Assembly (NCBI GenBank): GCA_964234715.1
Contig: OZ174283.1
DNA from: Podarcis melisellensis
Taxonomy: Eukaryota
Reading direction: 5' to 3' (one strand)
Length of the DNA: 64,000 bases
In this document: piece after piece, positions 11,724-24,570 of the stretch
Layout of the letters: each line of letters begins with the position of its first letter
How positions within the stretch are numbered: position 1 is the stretch's first letter
Position numbers and translations under genes: made by a program
Notes under the pieces: model-generated
The model's database searches: none
What the model was told of the DNA's origin: nothing
What the model saw: the letters and a program-made list of their open reading frames with translations, nothing else

Positions 11724-13970
11724 GCCTGATAGTATTTTCCCCTCAGGTTACCTAATGAATTTCAAATGCAGTATGAGCTGACAGCTCAGAGCAAACAGTT
11801 AAAAGATTTGCATGTTTCATGCTCAAGTAAAACAATGCTCATCTTCTCCACAGCATTTACTTCACAGTGTTAACAGAGTCACCATAGATTCAATCAGAGA
11901 GCTCTATTTGCCAGTGACCTCAGCTGGATTTTACCATATGGCTACAAGAACTGTTAATGAGAAGAAGATCAAGCATGGAGGAAATAATCAGCCAAATACT
12001 CAGTACATTCAGTAATGACATTATCAAGCTCATTTTCTTGTGCTGAAAAGATAATGAAAAAGCACACCCACTGAAGTGTTTATCTCTGCAGTTTACTGCT
12101 TTTTTATTGTTAAACGCCTAAGAGCTTTTGCAGCAATGATAGCAGACAAAATAATAAGCTATTATTTCCTTAATTTTAAGATAAGGTCTATTTATATGCC
12201 CACAGTATATGGTGCTAAGTGCAGAAATAGCTGTTTGCTTTTTTAATCTGATGCCTCCTCGATAGGTCGGCAAAAGTCCACATGGACTATTATGATCAGA
12301 AAACACACAACAATGAACCAGAATCACTTTTGTTTCATTATGTCAAAACACATAGTGGTGAAAGTCAGATACAAGTTGAAAATGCAGTCTGTTAATGTTA
12401 GGAAATATAGTAAGGAGAATGATGACTTGAAAGTATGTGGGCATGCATGGTGGTGCTATCAGTAGTACCACTGATACCTTAACTTCTTGCTTTAGGCCTC
12501 TTAATCTAAGGTTGTGGGGGTAAAACAAGAAGCATCACACTCTGTGCTGAGTTTTGTGGAACTTCCTTCCCTTCCCTCATCCCTCCATTCTAACAAATGA
12601 TGAAGACTCCCAAGTGCTGATCGCCTATTAGATGTGAGGGGCAAGGGGGAGCAAAGTGAAGTCTGGTGTTCTTTCTCTTGCCAGGTCATGTGCCGGGATC
12701 AGGGCTGTGTATTCAAATGCATGAAAGCCAACCTTTCTCTTTCTCATCTCTAGCAAGGGAAAGTATATCTGAATAAGTTCCAGTTTGGTAGCCAGAAACT
12801 GATCCCACTTCATTTCATTATCCTCTCACATCCATGCATCCAGTGCCCAAATACAGAGTTTCAATTTTACCCAGGTTTCCCCCCCCCCCTTCTTAACTCT
12901 CAGTGGATTGGGCAGGTTTAGTTAAACCAAGAATGAAGGGGTAAAATGCATATTTGAAGGCTTGAGAAATTGTTCTAGGAAGCATGAAGCTTGTTATTGA
13001 CATATGCAAACAGGGTATTTTTGTGAGTGATTTTGATAGAGACACTATTTATAAAAAGCCCTTGCAAAGCAATTAGCTGTCCTCTCCACATAACAGGATG
13101 CTGCTCCAAAATAGCTACTGACCAAAAGTATACCGTTGCTAATTTTCATTGTGAAGCTTGACTTTCAAACAAGAGAATGCTGGAAGAATAGCTAGAAGGT
13201 GGTACAGAGATTCCTATTAGGGAAGAACACGCATCTGTGTCTGCTTCTGCTACTGCCACAGCAGTTTAATATCAGAGGATGGCTAGGTGAAACCCTGTTT
13301 TAGTTTTAGTTTTTTTAAGACACTGCGTCCTCAAAATCAGAATCTATTTAAATGAAGTCCCAGTAAGGGTCTAACTGTAACTGAGATTACATGAAAAGCA
13401 TCGCTTTAGCAATGTCTGTCTGCCTACTTATCCATCTATGACATCAGTTTAGATTGATGGGATATAACCAAATTGAGAAATAACAGAAAGATTGTTGGTG
13501 AATATCTGGTTTATGGAATGCCACAGAATTCAACTCCTTTGTTAGGAATAAGCAACTTCTCTTTCGTCTTTAGATGTATGCTGCAAAGAACACACGGTAT
13601 ACCTGAGGAAACCATAGTCTCTGCATAGTGTGAGGCCCTATCCTCCAAAACATTGCATGCTGATGAGTCCCTCCCCCTGGTGTCTGCACATACAATGCAA
13701 ATGTCTGCAGGGAAATGGCCTTCACATGTGCAGTTTTTCCACACAGTCTGGAACTCTAAGTGATTGGGGTTCAAGATTGCATGGAACCATTTCATTTGTG
13801 CAGCTAACTATACAAAGCCACTGCCCCTCGCTGCAGGCATTTAGAATGTATGTGCAGAAACCAGGGGAAGGGCTAATCATGGCGCTTGATGTTGGGGGTG
13901 GAGCTACTTGGTGTGGCCCTTCTCATTCCATAATATTATGTATTGTCTCACTCTTGCCATATCCAGTGGA

Positions 13971-14014
13971 GTTTGTTTGTTTGTTTGTTTGTTTGTTTGT
14001 TTGCTTGCTTGCTT
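13971..14014. repeat. (GTTT)n(GCTT)n microsatellite
   Basis: Directly visible. Confidence 0.9.
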
Positions 14015-14276
14015 TACAGAGAAACTAAATTTTTACAGCATTACTTGATATTTTCAGAAAATAAAATTTCTTTGGTTTTCCGAGAACAGTTTATATGCTT
14101 CTTAATCAAACATAGATTAACCAAGCTAAATGCTGTGCAGGCACAAAAATAATAGCAGATTCAAATTCCTCACACCCGAAAACACATTTTTAAGACTCCT
14201 CACTGAAGACAAGGGCAAAAATTAAGTTTCACCCCCTAAAATCACACACCCGATTATAGGCTTGTAACATATATTA

Positions 14277-14518
14277 CAGTGGTACCTCGGGTTAAGTACT
14301 TAATTCATTTCGGAGGTCTGTTCTTAACCTGAAACTGTTCTTGAACTGAAGCACCACTTTAGCTAATGGGGCCTCTCACTGCTGCCACGCGGCCGGAGCA
14401 TGATTTCTGTTCTCATCCTGAAGCAAAGTTCTTAACCCGAGGTACTACTTCTGGGTTAGCGGAGTCTGTAACCTGAAGCATATGTAACCTGAAGCGTATG
14501 TAACCCGAGGTACCACTG
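14277..14518 (+). mobile_element. Tigger-like MITE, copy 3
   Basis: TIR CAGTGGTACCTCGGGTTA...TAACCCGAGGTACCACTG; 5' TA; same family as 2545-2770. Confidence 0.9.
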
Positions 14519-17313
14519 TGTATGCATTTGTGGCTTGTCCACATAATAGGCACAGTAGCCCTCTTTCACTGCTTAGGTGTTGTTAATTGCAGTTGCTTTT
14601 CAGAAAAAAGACAAGCTGACAAACAACATTGCTTTTGAAAGGAACACAGGACTGCCTAAGGAAGAAAAGACACACCACTAACAAAGTTCAGTTGCTAAGT
14701 TTCCATTTGGGTATCAGCTACACAGCTGCAAATAAATGTGTTGCAAAGTGCAACATACAAATGTGACAGTAGATGGTGGCAGTGAGCTACGCAAAATTCA
14801 ATATATTTTTCAAAACGTTTTTAAAAACCATTTTCACAGCGTTTTTTTACATGTGTGTAGATTCTACCTTGGCCACCATTTTCAGCATCGCTTGATCCAA
14901 ATGCCAACCATTGCTATGATATACCCCACTATTAGTCTCTGTGTGCATTTTCTACAGCCTAAAGGAGCTAGATATAATTGATTTGGTGTTCACCAGCTCT
15001 TGGAAGTTGGACCTCCTCTACCCAGGCAAAGAATGAGAAATGAAAAGAATGAATTGCTCTGAATAACTAGCATGAGGGGGAAAGAAGATTCTATCTTTTA
15101 TAACTGAAATGTTATCGGAACCACGGATCTGCCACTGTCAGGTACTTGAATAGAGGTTTCAAGCTGTAGCCTGGCAGGAGTGTGATAGATTTCACATTCT
15201 TGGCTCTCCTATTTTTCCCCCACCTGCCACAACAGCATTTGTAAACTGCACCGCCTGGTGACTGATGATGCCAAGGGTAAACAATGAACAGAGAATAGAC
15301 GAAGAGATGAAAAGGCACCCTGTTGGCGCAGGGAGGAGAAACAGCCCTTAATCATCTTATCAGGGATGGCACTTTGTGAGTTATTTATCTGTGCTGTCTG
15401 CTTTGCTTCCCAGGACTAGTATACCAAAGTCATTAAAATAAAATGGTAGAGATGGCGCGTGCATTTAGAAATGGCGATGGGTTTGTTTTTCTCTCGCAAG
15501 GCTTGCTAACACATATTTCTCAATCTTGCTGAAAAGAGGTGGTGCCACAGGAAATTTATCAGCCTTGATACAATGGAGCATTTGGTCCAATATATTGTAT
15601 ATTAAGAAGGAAACCACTCATATATTGTGATTAATTTGATTTGAGCCTACTGATCCTTTTCAAGTCACAACTCCCAGCTCTTTTGAGCTAAGCATAATGT
15701 TTTTATTGCTTCTTTTACAAGACTTGAAGGATAGGAGAATTTGACTCCTGTGCTGGTTTTCCTGGCAAATAATTTAAAACGAATGGGGGTTGGTTTATGG
15801 TTTGTAACAGTGCAGATCTAACCCACCTACAATATAATGAAAGATTTAGTGACTTTAGCAATCTCACTGCCAATCAGGCAACATAAATGGAGATATCAAA
15901 ATATAGGCATTTATTATTATGAATAAAGTATATAGGGGAGTTCTGTTCATTTAGAAAATCGTTATCCTGTCAGGCCTACAAGTGCTTGGCTTTAATATTA
16001 ACAACTTTTATGACTCTGTAAAATGAAAACTGTTACGCTATGTTGCTAAACAGAAACCTTTGCCATTATTTTTGCACAGATATATAACATTTTAAAAAAT
16101 ATGAGGTTAAATACCAGCTAGTGGGCCAAACCAAAGACTTGTCATACTGAAAGAGTGACTCAGTGTGTGGATTATAAAGGGAAAGGTTGAGGGGAAAGCT
16201 TTATGTAATCCACAATCCCCATTCCCTGGCCTCCAATCATTTTAGCCCCTCCTATTGGTTTTCACAAGCCACAATCCAAGCTCAGTTCCTACAGGATGGA
16301 TGTAACATCCAAGGGTACCTTTTATGTCCTTGTATCTCCTGAATGATGTCCCCGCTCCCCCACAGCAAAGCTACACTCATCTTACATCTGAAAGCCAAAA
16401 TGAAGTTTTTAGGTGATAAAACCCTGAGATGTATCATCAGCGTGAGTTGATAAAATCAATCGCTGAGCATAACTCTCACTAATGAATTGAAATAATATTT
16501 TAATTTAGCTCTAAAAGAACGAGAATTCTAATGGGTTCTTCTCCAAAGAACCTAAGCATTAATTCAATTTCATTTGGAATGGAATTACATAGCACAATCT
16601 CTTGCTTCAATCCTAGGACCAATCAAAACAAATTATGTATTCTTAATGTGTTGGTTCAGAAGGCAAAGCAATACGAGCTATAAAGTAGCCATACACCCAG
16701 TGCAAATGAGCAACTTTTTTTGCTACTTTTCAGTGGCTTATTTTTGCATAGCATGCAAGTATTATTTTCCTTTCACATCAGGATTTGTGCTTTTAGACGG
16801 CACGGCCTTAAGACTAGGAAAGTTGCTTGTATGGGAGCTAAAAGCAAGCTTGTGTAAATGAAATTCTACATATTACATTACTCCTGCCTGGTTCTTAATG
16901 ATAACTAACACCACTTGAAACATGATGGAAGCAGTTTAGAAGTAGAATGATAAATGGTACTGCTACATCCATCAGCAGGTGAAGGAGCAACTGCTCCAAT
17001 GTTTACTTTCCTCTTCTGTCCTGGTTCCAACATGAAGCTGCAGGTAGGAAAACCTCCTTTCTAAATAGCTGTACTATTAGGTATATCTGTACTTTGTTAA
17101 GAGTTTTATTAGTAGCTGTAGAAGAAGAGCAAGCTGTAGTAGTAATCACCACCAAATTAAAATAATGATGATGATATGTAGTATTACTTAATAATAATAT
17201 TCAAAAAAATGTTGTTTAGCTCTGATATTGTGTGGCAATAAACATTTCAGTGCCCCAGAAATTATACCCAACAATGACCACCTTTCCCCCAAAATGAGCT
17301 AACCGTGGCTGTT

Positions 17314-17608
17314 TGTTAAGTTGTGGGCGAACATATCAAGATGACACAGCGATTCTTCCAAAGCAGCTCTTTATTTGTAAGCTGGAACAGAACTGACTGA
17401 GGAGCTCAGTCAGCCTGCTTATATAGAGCTCCAGAACAATTGTAACTGTTGCAACTTTCTAAAACTATCCAATCACAGAACGTCACTTTTTGATCCTTCA
17501 TTTGCATACAAACTATCCAATCACAGAACGTTACTTTTGATCCTTCATTTGCATAACTATCTATAGTATCCCCCTGCTGGCCCAGGGTGAGAACATCAGT
17601 ACATAACA
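17314..17608 (-). mobile_element. Solo LTR (295 bp; Gypsy/BEL-type)
   Basis: TGTTA...TAACA termini; perfect 5-bp TSD CTGTT (17309-17313, 17609-17613); TATATAA and AATAAA on the minus strand; tandem ~47-bp U3 repeat. Confidence 0.88.
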
Positions 17609-19179
17609 CTGTTCACGTTTATTTGTGATCCTCAAAGGTACTCAGTGGTGAGGGAAATCTTTCATGAGGCTGGCTAGAGAGACTTCTGCACCTTGACAAC
17701 TTTATTTTGTGCAGTTCAAGAATCTGAGGCAAAGCATTTCTAGCCAAATGTAAGAAAGAAAGCAAAGCGGGAAAATGCAAAATTGTTTTCCACACAGTTC
17801 TATTATTCTAACCTTAAATTATTTGCTTAAGGGAATAAAAGGAATAAAATAAGCAAGATGCAATATAGCAGGAGGTGAAAAACATCTTGATGCATATTAG
17901 CCTTTTATTGTCCTGTGTCAGTTTTCCTTTGACTTCTAGCAAATCTTCTTGCTTGAATGCCTTCTGTGGAAAATATCTTGATTCACTATGAAATGTAGCT
18001 GAAGATGCGGCATGGGTCCAAAGAAGAATAAATTGATTTAATTCTCCATAATAAGGATGTGCAGTTTACTAACAGATCACAAGAAGAGGCAGCAAACACT
18101 TCAAAATTGTTTGCATTGCTTGCAGGTGGTTGGAGCCAATTGCTCTTAGATCCTCATTGTTATTCAGATGGATGCACAGAAAAGAAATAGCAAGGATAAT
18201 TATATTTCTGAAAAGAATGGCTTTAACGTATCTGATATATATTTTTTAAGAAAAAAATGATAAGAAGAATAAACACTGCCGTAAAGTGACTGCTCCTCTG
18301 TCTTACATTAAAAGCAGGCTCCTTTACAAGAATCTATGATTTCAAAGCCATTATTGTGTGTGAGTTTGTGTGTGTGTGTGTAGTACAAATACAAAACAGG
18401 TTTTTGAAACCAAGTCATTTCCTTACAGAGTTAGACTGACAATTTTGAAATTGCTTATGTATGCAGACATAAAAGTGCACTTAGTAGCTGTAATTACAGC
18501 TTTTACAACAGTCTAATTAAAGAGCACATCCATCATATATATTGTCTTCTTTGCTAGGAACATTATCAATCAGCTTAGAGGGAAGGAGAAGACAGCATAT
18601 TTCCTTTTCAACTCTGCCTGGGCTTCTAAGTTAGACATGTGCTAGTTCGAGAGGAGGAAGGAATCCCCACACTATGTACAGTACTGTGATGTGACTTCCT
18701 GTTTTCCAGCTCTCTGCTAGCAGGCTCCGCCCCCCCTTCATTCTTCATTATACATATGATGGGACAATGGGAGAGATGGGAAACCTGTGGTCCTCCAAAT
18801 TGCTGAGCTACAATTCCCATCATCCACCACGATGCTAGTTGGAATTGATGGCAGGTGGGCTCTAGGTACACCTGGAAGACAACAAACTTCCTCTCTCTGG
18901 GCTAAGGCAACATAGCTAGCCAAGGAAAATATTCTCAGCATTTAGCAGCACCTGGTCTTTCCGGTCTTCCCAGTATCATTTCTCTCCCATTTACAGAAAC
19001 CTCATACCGACGCCCTAGGTTTAGGGAGAATCAATGAATGGAGCAGGGTTGGATCACAGCTCCTAGCCTGGCCCCCAACTTATACATGATGACAGAAAAG
19101 TCTAAGTCGAGTCTAAGTGCATAAAAGTGCATAAATAACTTGTACTGATTCTTCCCAGATTTAGAATGTCTGCACAGGC

Positions 19180-19550
19180 CTGTTGCCATTCATCTGTCTG
19201 AAGAGACAATGGAGCATGCCTCCAGGGGTGAAGTCAAACCGCTGCGTTATGTGCTGGTGACCTTCTCAGGGCCCAAGACAGTGTGTATAGGCTGCCCAGA
19301 TGACAAGAACCCCCCCTCCCCCCTTGGCCTTGCTGATGTGGTCCAAAGGAAAGCAGAGCAATACGTTTGACTGCAGCTTAGCTTCAGGAGACATTTCCCA
19401 GGGTGTGACCACTATCATATGCAGTTAATAGGAGCCACAGGTGAGAGCTGAATGCTGGGTGAGGACCAAAGGTTAGCAAACTGCTCCAGAAGGAGCATGA
19501 CACGTCCCCCATCAGAGGTACTGCCCTTCACCTAACACCCCATACACCCA
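19180..19550 (-). mobile_element. Short RTE-clade derivative (5' and 3' parts joined)
   Basis: Resembles lizard RTE 5'UTR segments (GGGTGTATGGGG..., TCCTTTGGACCACATCAGC) and ends in an RTE-like terminus CTCCATTGTCTCTTCAGACAGATGAATGGCAAC on the minus strand; no ORF. Confidence 0.55.
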
Positions 19551-19555
19551 TACAG

Positions 19556-19906
19556 GGTTAAAGGTAAAGGTAAAGGGACATTAGGTCCAGTCATGGATGA
19601 CTCTGGAGTTGTGGCACTCATCTTGCTTTACTGGCCGAGGGAGCCAGCGTACAGCTTCCGGGCCATGTGGCCAGCATGACTAAGCCGCTTCTGGTGAGCC
19701 AGAGCAGCGCATGCAAACACTGTTACCTTCCCGCCGGAGTGGTACCTATTTATCTACTTGCACTTAATGTGCTTTCGAACTGCTAGGTTGGCAGGAGCAG
19801 GGACTGAGCAATGGGAGCTCACCCCATTGCGAGGTTTCGAACCGCCACCCTTCTGATTGGCAAGCCCTAGGCTCTGTGGTTTAACCCACAGTGCCACCCA
19901 TGTCCC
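19556..19906 (-). mobile_element. Sauria (Squam1) SINE
   Basis: GGGACATGGGTGGCACTGTGGGTTAAACC head, GGTTCGAAAC B-box and (CCTTTA)n tail, all on the minus strand. Confidence 0.93.
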
Positions 19907-19965
19907 AACAGCGGTACCGACACACAATTACACCAGACTAGACCATAGTTTCGTTCCAGATTATT

Positions 19966-20210
19966 GCACATGTGGTATAGTGGTTAAGAGCGGTTCGCTC
20001 TTAAGAACCAGGTTCGCTTCCCCGCTCCTCCACATGCAGCTGCTGGGTGACCTTGGGCCAGTCACACTTCTCTGAAGTCTCTCAGCCTCACTCACCTCAC
20101 AGAGTGTTTGTTGTGGAGGAGGAAGGGAAAGGAGAATCTTAGCCGCTTTGAGACTACTTAGAGTAGTGATAAAGCGGGATATCAAATCCAAACTCTTCTT
20201 CTTCTTCTTC
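19966..20210 (+). mobile_element. Lacertid tRNA-derived SINE (POM/Squam3-like) with (TTC)n tail
   Basis: TGGTATAGTGG A-box, GGTTCGCTTCC B-box, GGGTGACCTTGGGCCAGTCAC core, AAAGCGGGATATCAAATCCAAAC(TCT)n end. Confidence 0.85.
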
Positions 20211-20871
20211 TGCCTTCCTCATGTAAATGGACAGAGACTACCCCTGTTGAAATTTCAGTATTTATGACTTATATAAACATATTTTAACTTCATAATAAAT
20301 AAGTAAATGCTCAGTATAATCAATGTGCAATCAAGTAATTATTCAGAACATTTTCTTTATCACAGTTCAATATTGAATTATAATCAATTCTCTGTTTCTC
20401 CAAAGAATTACAACTAGCTGATCTCACTCAATTCAAAATGCATCTGTACATCGCTTTTCTTCATAAACTACTTGACATGTGCCTCTGTCAGCATGGCATG
20501 ATGGAGTGTCATAGCTCCTGCTGGCTGGGGCAGAAAGTAAGGAAAAAACTGGTGTAGCACTCGAGCCCAATTCACATTAAGTGATGGCAGTAGAGCTGAC
20601 ACAGGATCTTATCCCTCCTTACTCCACCAACAAACCTCATTCTGGGGCTTCTGCAGGCTATTACTTATGGGAATCCCACCAGTGGTACTTATGCTCACCT
20701 GCACTTTGAGCAGATGGCACCATATGCTTCCTGCCAGAACAGTGATGCTAGTGAGATTCTGTGGGTGGAGGTCAGTGGAGCTGTTTTGAGCTGAGTGGAG
20801 AGAGACTTCCACCCCTATCCAACCCCCTCCCCACCACCAGTGCTGCGGATAAGAGGTTTAGATTGCACCAT

Positions 20872-20906
<35 letters not shown>
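20872..20906. repeat. (TAG)n microsatellite
   Basis: Directly visible; source of the poly-Ser run in ORF 20795..21073. Confidence 0.95.
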
Positions 20907-21259
20907 ATTCGTCTTTTTTTAAAAAAAACAACTTTCAGAATATAAATTCTCTTCTTGGAATGTGTGGACACATTTCAGTGCAACTTCCTGCCTGGCTTGG
21001 GGACATTGGTGTACAACTTTGTCTGGTGAACTGTTACCCTGTTGCTTCTTCTGAAGCTCTCAGCAGCCTGTAATACTGTGATTATCCTCCTGAGCTACCT
21101 GGCAGGGCTGTTGCGGACTCTGCACACCAGTATTCCCATCTCTACTCTATGGGAACTGGTGGTAACCAGCAGGGACTAATGATAAGATGCTTGCTCTCTC
21201 ACGGAAGTAAAGTTCTATGCAAGATATTTTACACAAGCCTCGTAAGTGTGAAATTACGT

Positions 21260-21490
21260 TTTTGGCAGTATAAGACACCATTGCATCCCTCCATTTATCC
21301 AGATTCAAAAAAGGCAGTGGAATCCTTGAGGAGGTATCTGGTGTTGGTGTCAGGCTGTATGAGGGCTAATACAATAATACAGTAAGTCAGAGAAGATTAT
21401 AGTATAGTTGGCTTTGATGGGAGGCCATCCTCCTAAAGCAGCAAGTTTGAACTTTGGAGGGTATTTCTGGATTCTTGCTTTTTTCTTGAT
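21260..21490 (+). mobile_element. Degenerate L2 ORF2 fragment
   Basis: KAVESLRRYLVLVSGCMRAN resembles the L2 post-YADD segment (AVxxLxxCLxxVxxWMRAN); decayed LPLKEQVRSLGV-like segment at ~21430-21475. Confidence 0.55.
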
Positions 21491-21617
21491 GATTGTGGAT
21501 AGCTGAAACTAAGCAGCTTGCTTTCTCCCAGCTTTGCTGTTGCTTCTTTTTCCTGGTCCTGAGAAATATATCTCTTCTGGAGCCAGTATTTTATTTTGGG
21601 TGGAAATATCCCACTAA

Positions 21618-21979
21618 GGGACGCAGATGGTGCTGTGGGTTAAACCACAGAGCCTAGGACTTGCCGATTGGAAGGACGGCAGTTTGAATCCCTGCAACAG
21701 GGTGAGCTCCCATTGTTCGGTCCCAGCACCTGCCAACCTAGCAGTTCAAAAGCACAAAGTGCAAGTAGATAAATAGGTACTGCTTCGGCGGGAAGGTAAA
21801 CGGCGTTTCCGTGCGCTGCTCCGGTTTGCCAGAAGCAGCTTAGTCATGCTGGCCACATGACCCAGAAGCTGTCTGCGGACAAACGCCGGCTCCCTTTGCC
21901 AATAAAGTGAGATGAGCGCCGCAACCCCAGAGTCAGTCACGACTGGACCTAATGGTCAGGGGTCCCTTTACCTTTACCT
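21618..21979 (+). mobile_element. Sauria (Squam1) SINE, full length
   Basis: Canonical head, body and (CCTTTA) tail; 12-bp TSD ATATCCCACTAA (21606-21617, 21980-21991). Confidence 0.95.
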
Positions 21980-24570
21980 ATATCCCACTAATTCCAACAG
22001 GGTAAGCATCTGAAGATCACAACGTGATCCACAAATCCTACCAAACAGAGGCTGAAAAAAAGAAAGAAAGCTACAATAAAAGCTACTTAGTTGGATATTA
22101 AACTGCATTTACCTATATGAAATACTTAAAAGGATTCCTGGGCCTTCAATGGAAAAAAAAGTACTCTTACCTATGTAAACCTATTTTAATATGTTTATAT
22201 TCTAACTGTCCACTGGCTAATATTAAAACAGAACTCTGTGGATAACAATGGGCAAAGACTCACTTCCTGCTCTTTTGAATGGGAGATGAATCACCAACTC
22301 CTTCTCCATCTTTAAGTTGAGAGCAGCATGCAAGGTGAAAGTTGGAGGAAAAGGTTGTTTCAACACCAGAGAAGAACTGTCATTCTACTCTCTTTTGGAG
22401 TTAGATTCTTCTTGTTCTAGCATCTCAAGTTGGGATCACAAAGGGGCAAAAAGGATGCCACTACTCATGAGCACTCATTAATCACCATTACACATTAGAG
22501 AATAGGAAATGTTTAACAGTTGTCGTCCCCATTCATCTTCACAGCAACCCTATGAGGCCAGTCATTGTCTGTTTGAGATGTCAAACCTCCTAGGGTACTT
22601 ACCATGGATACAGAGAGAAAAATAAAGAACTAAATCAAAGTACAGGACACATGGATTTACAGGGGGGGAAGTGGGTTTCTTTCCAGTTTTCTCTCAAAAT
22701 CAGGGGAAGTTGGCAGTCAAACAAATATAGGAGTGGATTGAATGATGCTTTCCTCCTAGTCTGGCCTACAACATGGAGTACAGCATGACTGCACCTGTTC
22801 CCTTTGCCCACTCACTATATTACTGCTACCATATTTGGCCATCCACAGGGGAGAGTTTGTTCAATATGGTTTATGTGCAGAAAATCCATTGTGATTGGGC
22901 AAAACCCAAGTCATTGATCCACTTGAGGAGAAAATCAGTAATCAACAAGGACAAAATGATTTCTATACACATAGGCCATACAGATGTGCTGTCACCATCA
23001 GATGGATGCCTGGAATATATGAGGCAGGACCAGTACACAGAAGGGTAGAAAGGGTAGGTAGTCTCACACTCCCCTCCACATAATGGGCCAGATCATGGGG
23101 AAAGTATTGTGCGACCCTCCATCCAGATGAAGTAAATTTAGATGGCAGTCTTTGAAATTTCCACAGCAATTGGCTGTAAGATCTTTGACTTCATTGGAGA
23201 TCTAACGTCTGCCCTCACAGCCAGCTCAGGGACTAAACTGGGAGTAGACCAAGGCAGAACAACAATGGGCTTTGTATTTTGCCCATTATTGTAGAACATG
23301 ACTGCCTGGGCTTCTTAGATGTATGTGTGTAAATGAAAGCATTTGGGAGAGTGAAAGGGAAAGTATCTATTTCACACAAACGCCAAAAAAGAGAGAGAAA
23401 GATAATGTAAACGTATTTAGCTTTGGCTGAATTGCATGCAAGAAAAGCAGCTGATTTGTTGGAGCAAATAAGTCTCTTTAGCACTTTTAGTAACTGATGT
23501 ATCTTAATATTTACTGCAATGCAAGGTTCCAGGCTGCTGTCTGTGCAAATATGCACATAAAGTGCCCTTAGAATTGGACAAAATTGCTAGATAATCAGGG
23601 CCTCAGGATGCTCCTGAAGAGCCTTTTTGGAGTCTTCCATTTCACGCAATGAATTTTCAATCAATAAAAATCACATTTAAAAAACTTCCAATTTTGCCCA
23701 CTGCTGTCTTTACGGTGACTTTCTCTTACTTCTCTTGGCAGTATATGGGTCAATACAGCCAAGGAAAGAACCAATGAATACATTCTGTAAAAATAAATAA
23801 ATGCTGATGTGCTGAAAGTTGATTTCTGAGTGAAAAATGTCAGTTTAGATATTCTGTAAGTTTTACAGACTGAGAATTGCTGGGTCCTCAATGACTTCAG
23901 AAACTGAGCATTCAGAAGTCAAAATGGATTTATTTATTTTTTGTCTTCCACAACCACTAGAATCACTGTACCCCACGGGAAATACATTTTGTGAAGAAGT
24001 AAATGATATGTTTCCATCACTCTGACCTCCAGAAGGTACCCAGCAGGGAAGAGCAAAGGGTGATGTTTGATTGGATTGACATTTTCAGCCTAGTGAACTG
24101 CATATTGTCCTTGACCCATCAAACAAAAACTAGGAAGTATCTATATTCTACTCATTCAACCCACAAAATGGGTGAAATTTTTATCTTGAAATGTGATCTT
24201 TTTTATAGCATGAGAAGTCGATGTTTTGACACTAAATAGCTGATGTAAATGAGTCTGGCCAAAGCAGAAAGTCTGTTCTGGGCTGTGGAAGAACACAAAG
24301 AATTCTGAATTCAGGGGCAGGAGGTGTGCATTCCAATTTCTGTTCTGGCAAAGGTTGTCATTCCTCGATGTTCAGCTCCCCAAAGCCAAACACAGCTGAT
24401 TCACATATCTGGTTGTCAAATCAACCAGATGCCCACTGCAATCATATGCATGTGCTCAACAAGGCTCCCCCCCCCCAGTACAAGGATGGACAACCTTTTC
24501 TGTGGAGGAACACATTCCCCCAATCTGTTGGGGGCTGCATGTCAACTGTGGGAGGTGCTGTAGCTAAAAG

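Noticed and set aside
15262-15283. Possible minimal hammerhead ribozyme (CTGATGA-TGCCAAGGG-TAAAC)
   Set aside because: Lacks the GAAA core and a proper stem II, and there is no Penelope context. Other CTGANGA sites I checked (22011, 37566, 47662) also lack a correctly placed GAAA.
22773-23230. Overlapping ORFs or a possible old repeat
   Set aside because: No recognisable protein motif, termini or TSD.
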